Sequence record: SRR22947727_3604
Length of the DNA: 56,685 nt
Reading direction: 5' to 3' (one strand)
Shown here: one piece after another, positions 20,336 through 30,108 of the stretch
Layout: every line of letters starts with the position of its first letter
How positions within the stretch are numbered: the stretch's first letter is position 1
Translations under genes and position numbers: made by a program
Notes under the pieces: generated by a model
Databases searched by the model: none
The model's input: only the letters and a program-made list of their open reading frames with translations
Told to the model about the DNA's origin: nothing

Positions 20336-20351
20336 TCACCTCTTCCGCCAT
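20336..20351 (+). repeat. att core (right), duplicated tRNA-Ser 3' end
   Basis: TCACCTCTTCCGCCAT, identical to 8061-8076. Confidence 0.92.
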
Positions 20352-20357
20352 ATTTAG

Positions 20358-20726
20358 TTAGAAAAATAATGGCAAAATAAAAGCAAATAGAAGCCCAATA
20401 ATAAAAATTCCTACCGATAAAAAGTAAATAATAAGAGATACTTTTCTAGATCGTTTACACAGTTCAGCTAAATTTTTATCTGCCGGACAAGGAAGCTTTC
20501 TTGCTTGGTATTGAAGTATTCCGGAAAATAGAAGCATCATAAAGGCACCGAGAAATATTGGTATTTTATAGACCGAAAGAATGACTAATTGTGGAAATAT
20601 TGAAATAAGTGAACTTAGAGCCGCTCCTGCACCAATAGCTACTAAAAGAGAGGGTAGTGCACAACATAGAACTGTACCGCTACTAAAGAATAAAGATAGA
20701 TAATTTATTAGCTTATTTGACTTCAT
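20358..20726 (-). CDS. MerT-like small metal-transport membrane protein
   Basis: LCCALP in the first TM and CPADKNLAELC in a loop, about three TMs. Start is ATG 20726 or 20753. Confidence 0.7.
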   Translation of the reverse strand: MKSNKLINYLSLFFSSGTVLCCALPSLLVAIGAGAALSSLISIFPQLVILSVYKIPIFLGAFMMLLFSGILQYQARKLPCPADKNLAELCKRSRKVSLIIYFLSVGIFIIGLLFAFILPLFF

Positions 20727-20739
20727 TAAAGCTGACTGT

Positions 20740-21060
20740 TTATTTTGGGTCATACCGCTCCCTAATTTCACCCACAGAGTCAGACACAATTTCAATGTTT
20801 CTAACATCGTAGCCAGCATCATTAACGATTGTCCTGATATGCTTTTCATCAATAGATTTACCATCCTTTGACTCTATTACAACAAAATATTCTTTTAAAT
20901 TAACAAAAACATCCTTAACGCTCTCATCTGAGATAAAACTTTTTTCTATGCCTTGAGCACAGAAGGCACAGACCATTCCAAGAATTTCAATTCGTTGCGT
21001 TAAAGCATAAGTATTCATACTTAAAAATAAAGTGGCTATTAAAATAATTTTTTTCATCAT
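20740..21060 (-). CDS. exported heavy-metal-associated (HMA, MerP/CopZ-like) protein
   Basis: Signal peptide plus GMVCAFC and DAGY. Confidence 0.85.
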   Translation of the reverse strand: MMKKIILIATLFLSMNTYALTQRIEILGMVCAFCAQGIEKSFISDESVKDVFVNLKEYFVVIESKDGKSIDEKHIRTIVNDAGYDVRNIEIVSDSVGEIRERYDPK

Positions 21061-21068
21061 GTAATTTC

Positions 21069-21713
21069 CTAAAATGTGTACATTAAGTGAAAAGATGGAT
21101 CTCCATCTAAATTAACTCCTACCTCACCAAATAAGGATTTATTTATAAACCTCAGGGTTGGCATAAATTCAATTTTACTATCTACAGTACTAGTTTTTCT
21201 AGTTTTTAGAAGAAGCCATGGCTGAGTTTCGTCATAATCTGTTTCATAAAATGAAAATCCTCCTTCAATTTTAGTGGTATCAAAATTCTCATTTCCAACC
21301 CTCATAATTTGATGTGAAATCATAGAAAATACTCTTTTAGTTTCGTAATCAAATTGTAAGGTAGGGCTTAAATAAATATAATCATCATCCTTTAAGTTTT
21401 CTTTTACATTGACTATTCCAGCACTAGTAAATAGCCATAAATTAGTTTGAGAATTAATTTCGTTTACTCTCATTAACCTCCTTAAGTAAAAAAACTCTCC
21501 TGCTTTTAGCTTATAACTATCTCCCTTGTTTTCATTAAAATTTATCCCTAACGAATCTTTGGAGGTAATTGCGTAGCTTGATTCTATGTAGGAATAGTTT
21601 TTACTTATAGTTGACATGCTTGTTATGGAACCTTTAAAGCTCATAGGGGCTGCATAGATCATTGTTTTATGGCTCATTAGTAATACAGCTAATAAATAAA
21701 TACACTTATTCAT
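21069..21713 (-). CDS. exported hypothetical protein, possible outer-membrane beta-barrel
   Basis: Signal peptide, alternating beta-strand-like segments, C-terminal HLMYTF. Confidence 0.55.
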   Translation of the reverse strand: MNKCIYLLAVLLMSHKTMIYAAPMSFKGSITSMSTISKNYSYIESSYAITSKDSLGINFNENKGDSYKLKAGEFFYLRRLMRVNEINSQTNLWLFTSAGIVNVKENLKDDDYIYLSPTLQFDYETKRVFSMISHQIMRVGNENFDTTKIEGGFSFYETDYDETQPWLLLKTRKTSTVDSKIEFMPTLRFINKSLFGEVGVNLDGDPSFHLMYTF

Positions 21714-21716
21714 ATT

Positions 21717-22001
21717 TTATCGTTTGTATAAGACTGAAAGCTCTTTTATTTTATTTGCTTGCTCACTTTGATCATTTGACTTAAATATTTCCATGACGCA
21801 TCTCTCAAGGTGTTTCTCAAGCATAATAATCTCTAATGATTGACATGCTGAGCTCACTGCCTTTAGTTGTGAAATGATGTCCGGGCAATATCGCTGGTCT
21901 TCAATCATCCTCTTAATTCCATTTAGCTGCCCTGCGATTTTGTTTATCCTTGGAATATACTTTTCATAGTTTGGGTGTTTTTCATCACATGAATTAGTCA
22001 T
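21717..22001 (-). CDS. CsoR/RcnR-family metal-sensing repressor
   Basis: RINKIAGQLNGIKRMIEDQRYCPDIISQL...LEKHLERC. Confidence 0.88.
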   Translation of the reverse strand: MTNSCDEKHPNYEKYIPRINKIAGQLNGIKRMIEDQRYCPDIISQLKAVSSACQSLEIIMLEKHLERCVMEIFKSNDQSEQANKIKELSVLYKR

Positions 22002-22019
22002 ACTTATCTCCTTATATTT

Positions 22020-22053
22020 TTAATATACTCTATACCCCTGTGGAGTATATTAA
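22020..22053. promoter_or_regulatory. putative CsoR-family operator
   Basis: TATAC-CCCTGTGGA-GTATA, overlapping an 11-bp inverted repeat TTAATATACTC/GAGTATATTAA just upstream of the repressor gene. Confidence 0.7.
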
Positions 22054-22163
22054 TACTCTTTAGTTCATATTTTTAAAAATATAATTAACTACTTTGAATT
22101 TATTCCCAGTTAATTATCTCAGAGTTATAATTACTTTAATTAATAAAAAAAAGAACATATGAG

Positions 22164-22667
22164 ATGACAAATTTTGAGCAAGAAATGATAAATGTGCTGG
22201 AGCAGCATGTTGAGGCAGAAATGAATGGTGATTTAGAGCTAACAATGGCTACAATGAACGAAAATCCTCACCTTTTAAATGTTCCTAACATGATGGGCGG
22301 AGATGATTTCGATGGAGTGAAAACTTTTTATAAAGTTCATTTGGTAGGTAAATTTTTTCCACCAGATGTGGAATTTAATAGAATTTCATTAATTATAGGG
22401 AAAGATCAGATTGTAGAGGAGCTTGTCATCAGCTTTACTCATACCAAAAAAGTTGACTGGTGTTTACCCAATATTGAGCCTACAAATAAAAAAGTAAAAA
22501 TGGCTGTGGTAGTAATTGCAGGTATAGACAATAAAAAATTAACACATGAGCATATTTATTGGGACCAAGCCAGTGTTCTAGTTCAGGTAGGATTAATCGA
22601 TCCAATAAATCTTCCTGTGGTCGGTGACCAAAGCGCAAACAAACTATTAAAAATTGCTAATATCTAG
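22164..22667 (+). CDS. SnoaL/ester-cyclase-like (NTF2-fold) protein
   Basis: HVEAE...TMATM, FTHT, HEHIYWDQASVLVQVGL. Confidence 0.75.
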   Translation: MTNFEQEMINVLEQHVEAEMNGDLELTMATMNENPHLLNVPNMMGGDDFDGVKTFYKVHLVGKFFPPDVEFNRISLIIGKDQIVEELVISFTHTKKVDWCLPNIEPTNKKVKMAVVVIAGIDNKKLTHEHIYWDQASVLVQVGLIDPINLPVVGDQSANKLLKIANI

Positions 22668-22692
22668 ATTGATTAAGAAGCTATAGGCTCAA

Positions 22693-23967
22693 ATGAAATC
22701 GATATATTGGTTTAGAAATGATCTGAGATTGAATGATAACCTCACATTAAATGATGCTATAGAATCATCTGATGAGTTATTATTTATATATATCCAAGAT
22801 ACAAAAAATTCTAAAGAGACTGAATGGAAATTCTCCCGCATGGGACGACATAGAAGGTCTTTTCTATCACAGGGCCTGAGTGCATTAAGTAATAAACTCA
22901 GTGAGTATGGACATTCATTAAACTATTACTCAGATAATTCGCTTGATAGATTACTTAAATTAGTCGATAAATTTGAAATAGATAGAATTTATTGTGAGTC
23001 TATTGATGCATATGAAGAACTTGTTGAGGAAAAAAAATTAAGGCAGCATAAAATTGATTTACACACGACCTATCAATCAGGTTTGTATTTAACTGACCAG
23101 ATTCCCTTTAGTTTAGACGAGCTACCTGATGTATTTACTAGCTTCAGAAAACAGATTGAATTAAAAAAAATTAAACCCAATAAGCCTTTATCCATTAACG
23201 AAAGAATAAATCGAATTAAATCAATTATTGATGAAGAATCGATTACTTTTGAGGAAAAAATCAAGACTTACGCCAACAGTTCTTTTCCTATTTCTGAGAA
23301 TAGGTTTTCCGGTGGAGAAGATAAAGGATTTGCTTACCTTGAGTCTTACTTTAGTTCAAACAAACCCTCAACTTATAAAAAAACACGAAATGAGTTAATG
23401 GGTATTGATTTTTCTACCAAATTATCACCATGGCTAGCATGTGGTTACGTTTCGGCAAGACAAGTCTATGATTTTTTATTGAATTATGAAGAGAGCATAA
23501 ATAAAAATGAGAGTACTTATTGGATATTTTTTGAGTTACTCTGGAGAGAATACTTTAGGCTAATCTTTAAAAAATATGGAAAAAAAATATTTCATAAGTA
23601 TGGACTTGGGTTTTCTGAAGGAGAAGTTGATCATTCTCCAGAAAATTTTGAGTTATGGCGGGAAGGTAAAACCAGGAGTAACTTTATAAATGCAGGGATG
23701 AAGGAATTAAACGAGACGGGTTTTCTTTCTAATAGAATGCGACAAATTGTAGCGAGTTTTTTAGTTAATGAATTAGCATGCGACTGGAGGGCAGGTGCAG
23801 CCTGGTTCGAGTCTCAGCTTATTGATTATGATGTTTTTAGCAATCAATGTAACTGGGCTTATATTGCAGGGTACGGAACTGATCCTCGCGGAGGCAGGCA
23901 TTTCAATATTCATAAACAAAAAGCTACTTATGACCCAAACAATCTATATCAAGAGTTATGGTGTTAG
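22693..23967 (+). CDS. cryptochrome DASH
   Basis: WFRNDLRL, YKKTRN, STKLSPWL, FELLWRE, SNRMRQ, GTDPRGGRHFN. Confidence 0.9.
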   Translation: MKSIYWFRNDLRLNDNLTLNDAIESSDELLFIYIQDTKNSKETEWKFSRMGRHRRSFLSQGLSALSNKLSEYGHSLNYYSDNSLDRLLKLVDKFEIDRIYCESIDAYEELVEEKKLRQHKIDLHTTYQSGLYLTDQIPFSLDELPDVFTSFRKQIELKKIKPNKPLSINERINRIKSIIDEESITFEEKIKTYANSSFPISENRFSGGEDKGFAYLESYFSSNKPSTYKKTRNELMGIDFSTKLSPWLACGYVSARQVYDFLLNYEESINKNESTYWIFFELLWREYFRLIFKKYGKKIFHKYGLGFSEGEVDHSPENFELWREGKTRSNFINAGMKELNETGFLSNRMRQIVASFLVNELACDWRAGAAWFESQLIDYDVFSNQCNWAYIAGYGTDPRGGRHFNIHKQKATYDPNNLYQELWC

Positions 23968-23968
23968 A

Positions 23969-24850
23969 TTAATTATTTTTTGTAAACTGAATTATTTTTG
24001 GTAAAAGCATGTGCGCAATGGTTAGGCATGCCAGAATTGGAAATACAACTAAAAATCCATTAGCGTTAAAATCTAAATTTAAAATAATAATAATCAGAGT
24101 GATAGGCGCTGTGAAGAGAAGCAGCCAAAGTATATCTGATGAAAAATTGAAATTGTAGTTAATTAGTGCTCTGATTCCATGTAAAAAACAAAAGTAGAAC
24201 CCAAACCATAATAATGGGTGGAGATAGTATGCCAATGCAATTATGACAATAAGCTCCCCCAATAAGAGAAAATAAATTTTATCTTTTGATTTCGTAAGGT
24301 TAAACAGAATATGAATAGTTAAAAAAATTAGATTGATAAAACTTAAGTATTGTAAAAAGCTCATTGAAGAGTTGATAATATTGCTATTAGTAAGCAAATA
24401 AAATATTTCATTAACGCTTGATGGATGAAATAGAATGGGCAGAAAAGTCATGGCTAGGCCCCAGCTATATTTTAAATATTTAGATTTATTACCAATGTAC
24501 AAAAGGTCTGAAAGGCCAAAATGAATGACCGAGATAATAAGCAAAATAAACAGACCCAAGGTAGGCGAAAGAAACCATATCCATAGCCCTAACAAAGAAA
24601 TTAATATATAAATAAAGTAAAGTCTAAAGGCATTTTTTTTATTTCCGCTGTCCCAAATAATTTTTCCATCTAATGCACCATGACTGACGCCAAGAGTGCT
24701 AATTAGAAGAAACGAAGTTAAAAGAATCAGGTTTGCTTGTGAGAGCATATCGAAATTTAAATACCCAGATGGGGCTAGGGAAAAAGATAAGGATAATATT
24801 ACTAAGCCGAGAATTATAACGAACAGTTGATGTTTTGATACCTTAGTCAT
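23969..24850 (-). CDS. blh: Blh/Brp beta-carotene 15,15'-dioxygenase
   Basis: GVSHGALD, IHFG.SD, YFCFLHG, LTIAHM (four His); last gene of the crt operon. Confidence 0.9.
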   Translation of the reverse strand: MTKVSKHQLFVIILGLVILSLSFSLAPSGYLNFDMLSQANLILLTSFLLISTLGVSHGALDGKIIWDSGNKKNAFRLYFIYILISLLGLWIWFLSPTLGLFILLIISVIHFGLSDLLYIGNKSKYLKYSWGLAMTFLPILFHPSSVNEIFYLLTNSNIINSSMSFLQYLSFINLIFLTIHILFNLTKSKDKIYFLLLGELIVIIALAYYLHPLLWFGFYFCFLHGIRALINYNFNFSSDILWLLLFTAPITLIIIILNLDFNANGFLVVFPILACLTIAHMLLPKIIQFTKNN

Positions 24851-25974
24851 TTCTTCTTCAAAAGTCCCTTGATCATTAGATTTTTAGGCATGCTTAAAAT
24901 AATATTTATGATATCAAGCCATGATGGCTTGTCTGATAAAAATTTAATAAGTGATTTATGATTTGATTTGCTAAAAAGTTTGATAAATAAATCAGGGCTT
25001 TTGTCCGGGTGGTCTTTAATAACCCTTAAGAAAATTCTATCAAAAAAGTCCAGTGATGGATTTGACTTATATTTAAAAGAAAATAAATTATTTTTCTTTA
25101 AAGATTTACCTTTATTATCTGAAATCCAATTTGCAATTTTTCTCATTGAGTAGCCAGATGACGCCCTTACCATGCCAGCAGCAGTACCAATCTTAATGAT
25201 CCTTTCGCTTGTTTGTGCTTCTATTAATGCCATAGGGATAATACCCTTTTCACTTCGGAGTATTTTGTAAGAACCATATTTCTTTAAATTTTTTATATGT
25301 TTTGTTTGTAGTTTCTTTAAATTAGGATTACTAGAAAATACGGTAGTTTCAACAAGCGCTCTTTTTTTAGTAAAAGGTAACTGGTAAATAAACTCGGTTT
25401 CATTTTTATTTTTTGAAAAAGACATTATAGTTGCCTCAGAATTATTAAAATTATCTGAATTAACTTCAATTACATTTCCAATAAATGCTTGTTGAATGTA
25501 TTCGGATTTAATTTCACTCTTACTTATTTTAGGTCTACTATCAAGTAGATAGTTTGATAAAAAAGTACCCTGTGAGCTTATTACCTGAACTTTTTTTTCT
25601 AGCTCATTAACCTTTTGAACTTTAATTCCATAAAGAATTTTTATTTTTCCTTTTACTTGTCTTGTCAGTGACTTTAGGGTTGAGTATCCATCATGATGAA
25701 CATAGCGAAAAGGACTTATATCTTTTTTTATTTTGTCACCATTGCCCTCAATTAATATTTTATTCCATCGGTATTTTGATTTTAATTTATATTCCTTCTC
25801 AATATCAATTAATCCAGGGCCTTCCCAAACACAAAAGGATTGACTGTGATCAATCGATTTTTTTTGCTCTATAACCAGGATCGATAATTTAGGTTTATTT
25901 TTAAGTATCTTTGATAAGAACATGAGGCTTGAGAGTCCTGCCCCAATTACGGTGATGTCATATTCTTTTATCAT
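24847..25974 (-). CDS. crtY: lycopene beta-cyclase
   Basis: IGAGLSSL, DSRP, FIYQLPF..ALVETT, EKGIIPM, GTAAGMVRASSGY. Confidence 0.88.
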   Translation of the reverse strand: MIKEYDITVIGAGLSSLMFLSKILKNKPKLSILVIEQKKSIDHSQSFCVWEGPGLIDIEKEYKLKSKYRWNKILIEGNGDKIKKDISPFRYVHHDGYSTLKSLTRQVKGKIKILYGIKVQKVNELEKKVQVISSQGTFLSNYLLDSRPKISKSEIKSEYIQQAFIGNVIEVNSDNFNNSEATIMSFSKNKNETEFIYQLPFTKKRALVETTVFSSNPNLKKLQTKHIKNLKKYGSYKILRSEKGIIPMALIEAQTSERIIKIGTAAGMVRASSGYSMRKIANWISDNKGKSLKKNNLFSFKYKSNPSLDFFDRIFLRVIKDHPDKSPDLFIKLFSKSNHKSLIKFLSDKPSWLDIINIILSMPKNLMIKGLLKKK

Positions 25975-26861
25975 TAAAAATTTGTATCCGGGAGATTACC
26001 AAGTGATGCATGTAATTTTCTTTCATGTAATGGTATGTCAAAATCTTTTGAAAGTTTCAGTAATGTTTTAATCGTTAATTTGAGCTTTTCATAATTTTTA
26101 AGAAATACTCTTTGCTCGTTAAAAGAAATTTTTTTTTGTATTATTTTATGTCCTATACCTTGGTAAATATTTGATGCCACCATAAATGACCTTTTTATTT
26201 TTTTTGGTAGTTGATTTATACCAAAAACACCACTTTCATAATAACTATCAGCTAATTTTATTAGTTTATCTCTAGTGCTATTTATTATCATTAGGTCAGT
26301 TTTTGATGGATTTTTAAAATTATTTATTTTAAGGGAGGCGGTTTCATTTTTTGGAAGATATATTCGATCAATTTGAGCATCTTCATTTATGTCACGACAT
26401 ATATTTGTAAGTTGCATTGCAATCCCAAAATCAATAGCGAAGTATCTTAATTTTGCATCATGAATACCTAAAACATCACAAATCATCAAACCAACAACAC
26501 CCGCGACACGGTAACAATACTTTAATAGCTGGCTAAGATCTTTAGGTTGTTTGAAGTCTAGATCACTTAGTTGTCCCTTAAGGAATTCATCGATAATATC
26601 TTGTCTTGGGATGAGGTTGCTATCAATATTCCTAAATTCCTCAAAATTCTTATTACGTTGATTATTGCTTGCAGATGAGATTAATTTAGATAATTCCTCT
26701 CTAGTCTTAGTATTTTTATTTGATGTATCTACCAGATCATCTAATCTACGACACAATGCATACACAGCAAATAATTTATTCGCTGTAGGTTTGTCTAAGA
26801 ACCACGATGCCCAAAAAAATGTTTTACCATGCTTTTGCATGACATTTGCATAATTACTCAT
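25974..26861 (-). CDS. crtB: phytoene synthase
   Basis: HGKTFFWAS, CRRLDDLVD, MQLTNICRDINED. Confidence 0.92.
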   Translation of the reverse strand: MSNYANVMQKHGKTFFWASWFLDKPTANKLFAVYALCRRLDDLVDTSNKNTKTREELSKLISSASNNQRNKNFEEFRNIDSNLIPRQDIIDEFLKGQLSDLDFKQPKDLSQLLKYCYRVAGVVGLMICDVLGIHDAKLRYFAIDFGIAMQLTNICRDINEDAQIDRIYLPKNETASLKINNFKNPSKTDLMIINSTRDKLIKLADSYYESGVFGINQLPKKIKRSFMVASNIYQGIGHKIIQKKISFNEQRVFLKNYEKLKLTIKTLLKLSKDFDIPLHERKLHASLGNLPDTNF

Positions 26862-28324
26862 GGGTATAGAATATTTTCAACAGCCTTAGCTGAATTGATA
26901 ACGCCAGGGACTCCTGCACCTGGGTGTGTGCCTGCACCGACATAAAATAAATTTTTATATTTATCATCTTGGTTATGGGTTCGAAACCATGCCGATTGCC
27001 TCAAAATGGGTGCTATTGAAAAGCCACTTCCATATGGAGTTCTATAGTTAGATTTAAAATCGTTTGGTGTCATTGAAAAAATATCTCGGGCATTTTCTTT
27101 AATGCCTGGCATGATAGTTTTGTCTAGTGCTTCAAGAATTTTATCTGAAAACTGTTCCTTAATTTTATCCCAATTCTGTTTTCCTTTTAAGTTGGGGACG
27201 GGCACAAGAGCGTAATAACTATCCTGTCCTTTTGGGGCAAAAGATGAATCAGTACAGGTCGGTCTGTGGAGATAAATAGAGAAATCATCTGCTAGTTTAT
27301 GGTGATCAAAGATATCTTCGAGGAGCTCTTTATATCTTGGTCCCATCCAGATCGTGTGGTGAGCAACATTACTATACTGTTTAATTGATCCAAAAAATAA
27401 GACAAAAAGTCCCATAGAATGTTTAGCAAATTTATTTACGAATGCATTATGAAATGATATTTTTTTTCTTCCAATAAGTTCATTTGAGACTTGGATGGGA
27501 TCAGCATTACTTATCACAAGATCAGACTTTTGAGTATGGCCATTTGTAAAATGAATTTCTGAAATTTTATTATTTTTAGTTGATAAGTGCTCAACATCAT
27601 GTTGATATTTTATTTTTATATCATGACGTAACATAAGCTTTTCTAATTCGTGAACAAGCTTACCTGTCCCACCCATGCAGAAGTAAATACCCCATTTCTG
27701 TTCCAGGGAGTGAATGAGGGCATAAATAGAGGAGGTCTGAAATGGGTTGCCTCCAACCAAAAGCGGTTGAATTGAAAAGGCTTGCCTTAAATTGGGATGT
27801 TTTAAGTATCTTGATACAAAGGTGTATACAGATTCATATCCTCTCATTTTAATTATTGCAGGTGCATATTTAATCATCGTAAATATTTTGTGAAAGGGGT
27901 GGCCAGCTAATTTTTGATAGCCTAATTCAAATATTGCGTTTGCCTCTTTAAGCATTTTTAAATAACCATCAACATCCTCTGGTGAAATTTTCTCAATTTG
28001 AGTAAGCATTTCCTCTCGATTAGGACCATAGTCAAATTGTGTTTGGTCATGGAAGTTAAAACGGTACCAAGGGTCAAGCGATCTGAAATCCAAATGATCG
28101 TCAAGCTTTTCGCCAAATAATTCAAATAATTCATAAAATAAATAAGGTGCTGTAATAACGGTTGGACCCGCATCATGAATATAGTTATTTTTTTTGAATA
28201 CTTGCGCACGACCACCTAATGCATCCAGCCTCTCAAAAAGAATCACATTGTTACCTTTGGCTCGAAGCCTCAGAGCAGATGCTATACCCCCAAAACCACC
28301 CCCAATTACTGCAACCTGACTCAT
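26858..28324 (-). CDS. crtI: phytoene desaturase
   Basis: GGGFGG, DAGPTVIT, VGAGTHPGAGVPGV. Confidence 0.95.
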   Translation of the reverse strand: MSQVAVIGGGFGGIASALRLRAKGNNVILFERLDALGGRAQVFKKNNYIHDAGPTVITAPYLFYELFELFGEKLDDHLDFRSLDPWYRFNFHDQTQFDYGPNREEMLTQIEKISPEDVDGYLKMLKEANAIFELGYQKLAGHPFHKIFTMIKYAPAIIKMRGYESVYTFVSRYLKHPNLRQAFSIQPLLVGGNPFQTSSIYALIHSLEQKWGIYFCMGGTGKLVHELEKLMLRHDIKIKYQHDVEHLSTKNNKISEIHFTNGHTQKSDLVISNADPIQVSNELIGRKKISFHNAFVNKFAKHSMGLFVLFFGSIKQYSNVAHHTIWMGPRYKELLEDIFDHHKLADDFSIYLHRPTCTDSSFAPKGQDSYYALVPVPNLKGKQNWDKIKEQFSDKILEALDKTIMPGIKENARDIFSMTPNDFKSNYRTPYGSGFSIAPILRQSAWFRTHNQDDKYKNLFYVGAGTHPGAGVPGVINSAKAVENILYP

Positions 28325-29289
28325 TGTTTAGCCTTATTTAAATTATTCATTCTAAAGTTAATTTCGTTGTATATTGACATTAATACAGGTTCAATGACTT
28401 TGGGTACTCTATGAAATTCATCTTTCGCTTCATTTAATAAATTTTTGATCATACCTATTTGATTTTTAAATTCATTATCACTTAAATACCTAGTAAGACT
28501 GGGCGGGTCTTGGATAATTTCTATTTTTTTTGATTCCTTGAGATTTTTTAAGATATTTATTAACATCCCATTTGGATGATTTTTATATATATCGGTACAT
28601 TTATCTTGATCGATTCCAATTAAATTTTCTAAGTCATTTAGCCATTGATAAGAAAGCCCAAGGATATTAGAGGACTTCTGAAGTCCTTCACATTCTCCTG
28701 TTGAACATTCCTTACATTCAAACATACCCATCATTGGAAGTGAGATAAAAGGCGCTGTTTTATGCGTCGCCATTTTTATATATTGATCCCATGTCATTTC
28801 ATAAGGGCTAATACTTATATCCTTCGATTGCCCGAAAATAATTTCTTTTACTGAACAAGAGAGTAACTTCAATAATATAGTTTGGTGCCAGCCTTGATCA
28901 ATTTCTGTGATTTTTCTGAAAGCCTCAGCAATTAAGTAATCACCCGTACAGATAGCAGCAGATATCCCAAACTCTTTCCATAAGCTTGTTTGTCCTCGTC
29001 TCAGATCATCCTGATCACATATATCGTCATGGAGCAGAGATGCACTATGAATTAACTCACAAACGACTGCCCAGTTGATATAGGTTTGGGATGAAATGCC
29101 TAATAACCCACCTGTTGCGAGTGCGAGTCTGGCTCTTAACCATTTCCCTTGAGATTCACCGTGATGTGACAGCCATGCAGATAAAAATTGATCATCAACT
29201 TCAAAGCTTTCTGCAAAATCAATTTTAACTTTATCTAAAAATTCATCCGCCTCAGGGGGCACAAAAAAATCATCCCAATGTTTTTTCAT
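28321..29289 (-). CDS. crtE: geranylgeranyl diphosphate synthase
   Basis: GKWLRA, ELIHSASLLHDDICDQDDLRRG, KT motif; second motif reads NDLEN. Confidence 0.85.
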   Translation of the reverse strand: MKKHWDDFFVPPEADEFLDKVKIDFAESFEVDDQFLSAWLSHHGESQGKWLRARLALATGGLLGISSQTYINWAVVCELIHSASLLHDDICDQDDLRRGQTSLWKEFGISAAICTGDYLIAEAFRKITEIDQGWHQTILLKLLSCSVKEIIFGQSKDISISPYEMTWDQYIKMATHKTAPFISLPMMGMFECKECSTGECEGLQKSSNILGLSYQWLNDLENLIGIDQDKCTDIYKNHPNGMLINILKNLKESKKIEIIQDPPSLTRYLSDNEFKNQIGMIKNLLNEAKDEFHRVPKVIEPVLMSIYNEINFRMNNLNKAKQ

Positions 29290-29313
29290 AATAGATTTTT
29301 TTTAAATTGGTTT

Positions 29314-30051
29314 TTATGCTCCAATATCTGATTTTCTTTGAGCGATTAAATAAATCATAATACCAAATGAGGCGATTGATAAGATATCTGCAACCGTATA
29401 GCCAACCTGTAAATTTACATAGGATGCGCTTGGATCAAATATTGGAAGAAGGTAAACAATAGGGTAAATTGTCCAAGATCCAATTAGCAACCACCTTGAA
29501 TTACTCACTAAGCTTTGAACATTTTTTGGTTGTTTCGAAATAGGATTTTTTAATTTTATGATTAAGTTATAGAGAATGAATAAAAAAGGAAACATTGCAA
29601 GTGACCAATATATCCATCTCTCATGTAATTGATCAGCATTAACTAACCCTTCACCAGAATATCCTAAGAGCACCATAATAATTGCTGCAATAGTTAACTT
29701 AGTGCCCAAAGAAAAGGTCTCTTCTCTTGATAATCTTATGACCAAGACAAGTTCAAGTAATAGCAACGGCACGGTGAGAAGCCATCCAACATAACGATAA
29801 CTTACATTCAACTGCCCACCTGTTTCTGTAATTACCCCATTAATAACTACATAGGCTTCATTAAAGCTCTCAAATATTCTCAAATAATGATAAAGCGCGA
29901 TCAGGCAAACTAAACCAGCCAGAGTTAAGGCTGTTTTATAAGCAGGTGCAACTTGTGATCTCTGACAAAAAAAGAAGACAGTGCTCGCCCCAAATGTGGC
30001 GATTGCAAAAGATAAAGTGTTGTAGAGTAAATTGTAGTCAGCTACTTGCAT
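29314..30051 (-). CDS. xanthorhodopsin-like opsin lacking the retinal-binding Lys (K to I) and the counterion Asp (D to G)
   Basis: XR-type N-terminus YNLLYNTLSFAIA...SQVAPAYK. Helix C RYVGWLLTVPLLLLE, helix F WTIYP, helix G ADILSIASFG. Confidence 0.9.
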   Translation of the reverse strand: MQVADYNLLYNTLSFAIATFGASTVFFFCQRSQVAPAYKTALTLAGLVCLIALYHYLRIFESFNEAYVVINGVITETGGQLNVSYRYVGWLLTVPLLLLELVLVIRLSREETFSLGTKLTIAAIIMVLLGYSGEGLVNADQLHERWIYWSLAMFPFLFILYNLIIKLKNPISKQPKNVQSLVSNSRWLLIGSWTIYPIVYLLPIFDPSASYVNLQVGYTVADILSIASFGIMIYLIAQRKSDIGA

Positions 30052-30077
30052 TACACCCTAAATCATCAAAAAGAATT

Positions 30078-30108
30078 AAAAAAAACGCGCCATAAATGAC
30101 GCGTTTTT
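30078..30108 (-). terminator. intrinsic terminator between proteorhodopsin and the Lys-less opsin
   Basis: Minus strand AAAAACGCGTCATTTATGGCGCGTTTTTTTT. Confidence 0.8.

Larger units (their letters stand above)
8061..20351. mobile_element. tRNA-Ser-integrated phage-satellite-like integrative element (~12.3 kb) with czcCBA-type cargo
   Basis: Flanked by a 16-bp direct repeat of the tRNA 3' end. Contains a P4-type integrase, AlpA and a primase-helicase, with arm-type repeats at both ends. No capsid or terminase recognised. Confidence 0.9.

Noticed and set aside
8061-20351. Complete prophage or conjugative ICE
   Set aside because: No structural, terminase, lysis, relaxase or T4SS genes recognised
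20358-22001. Mercury-resistance (mer) operon
   Set aside because: No merA or merR is present, and the regulator is CsoR-family
29314-30051. Calling this gene a functional xanthorhodopsin proton pump
   Set aside because: It has no Lys in helix G and Gly at the proton-acceptor site, so it cannot form the canonical Schiff base
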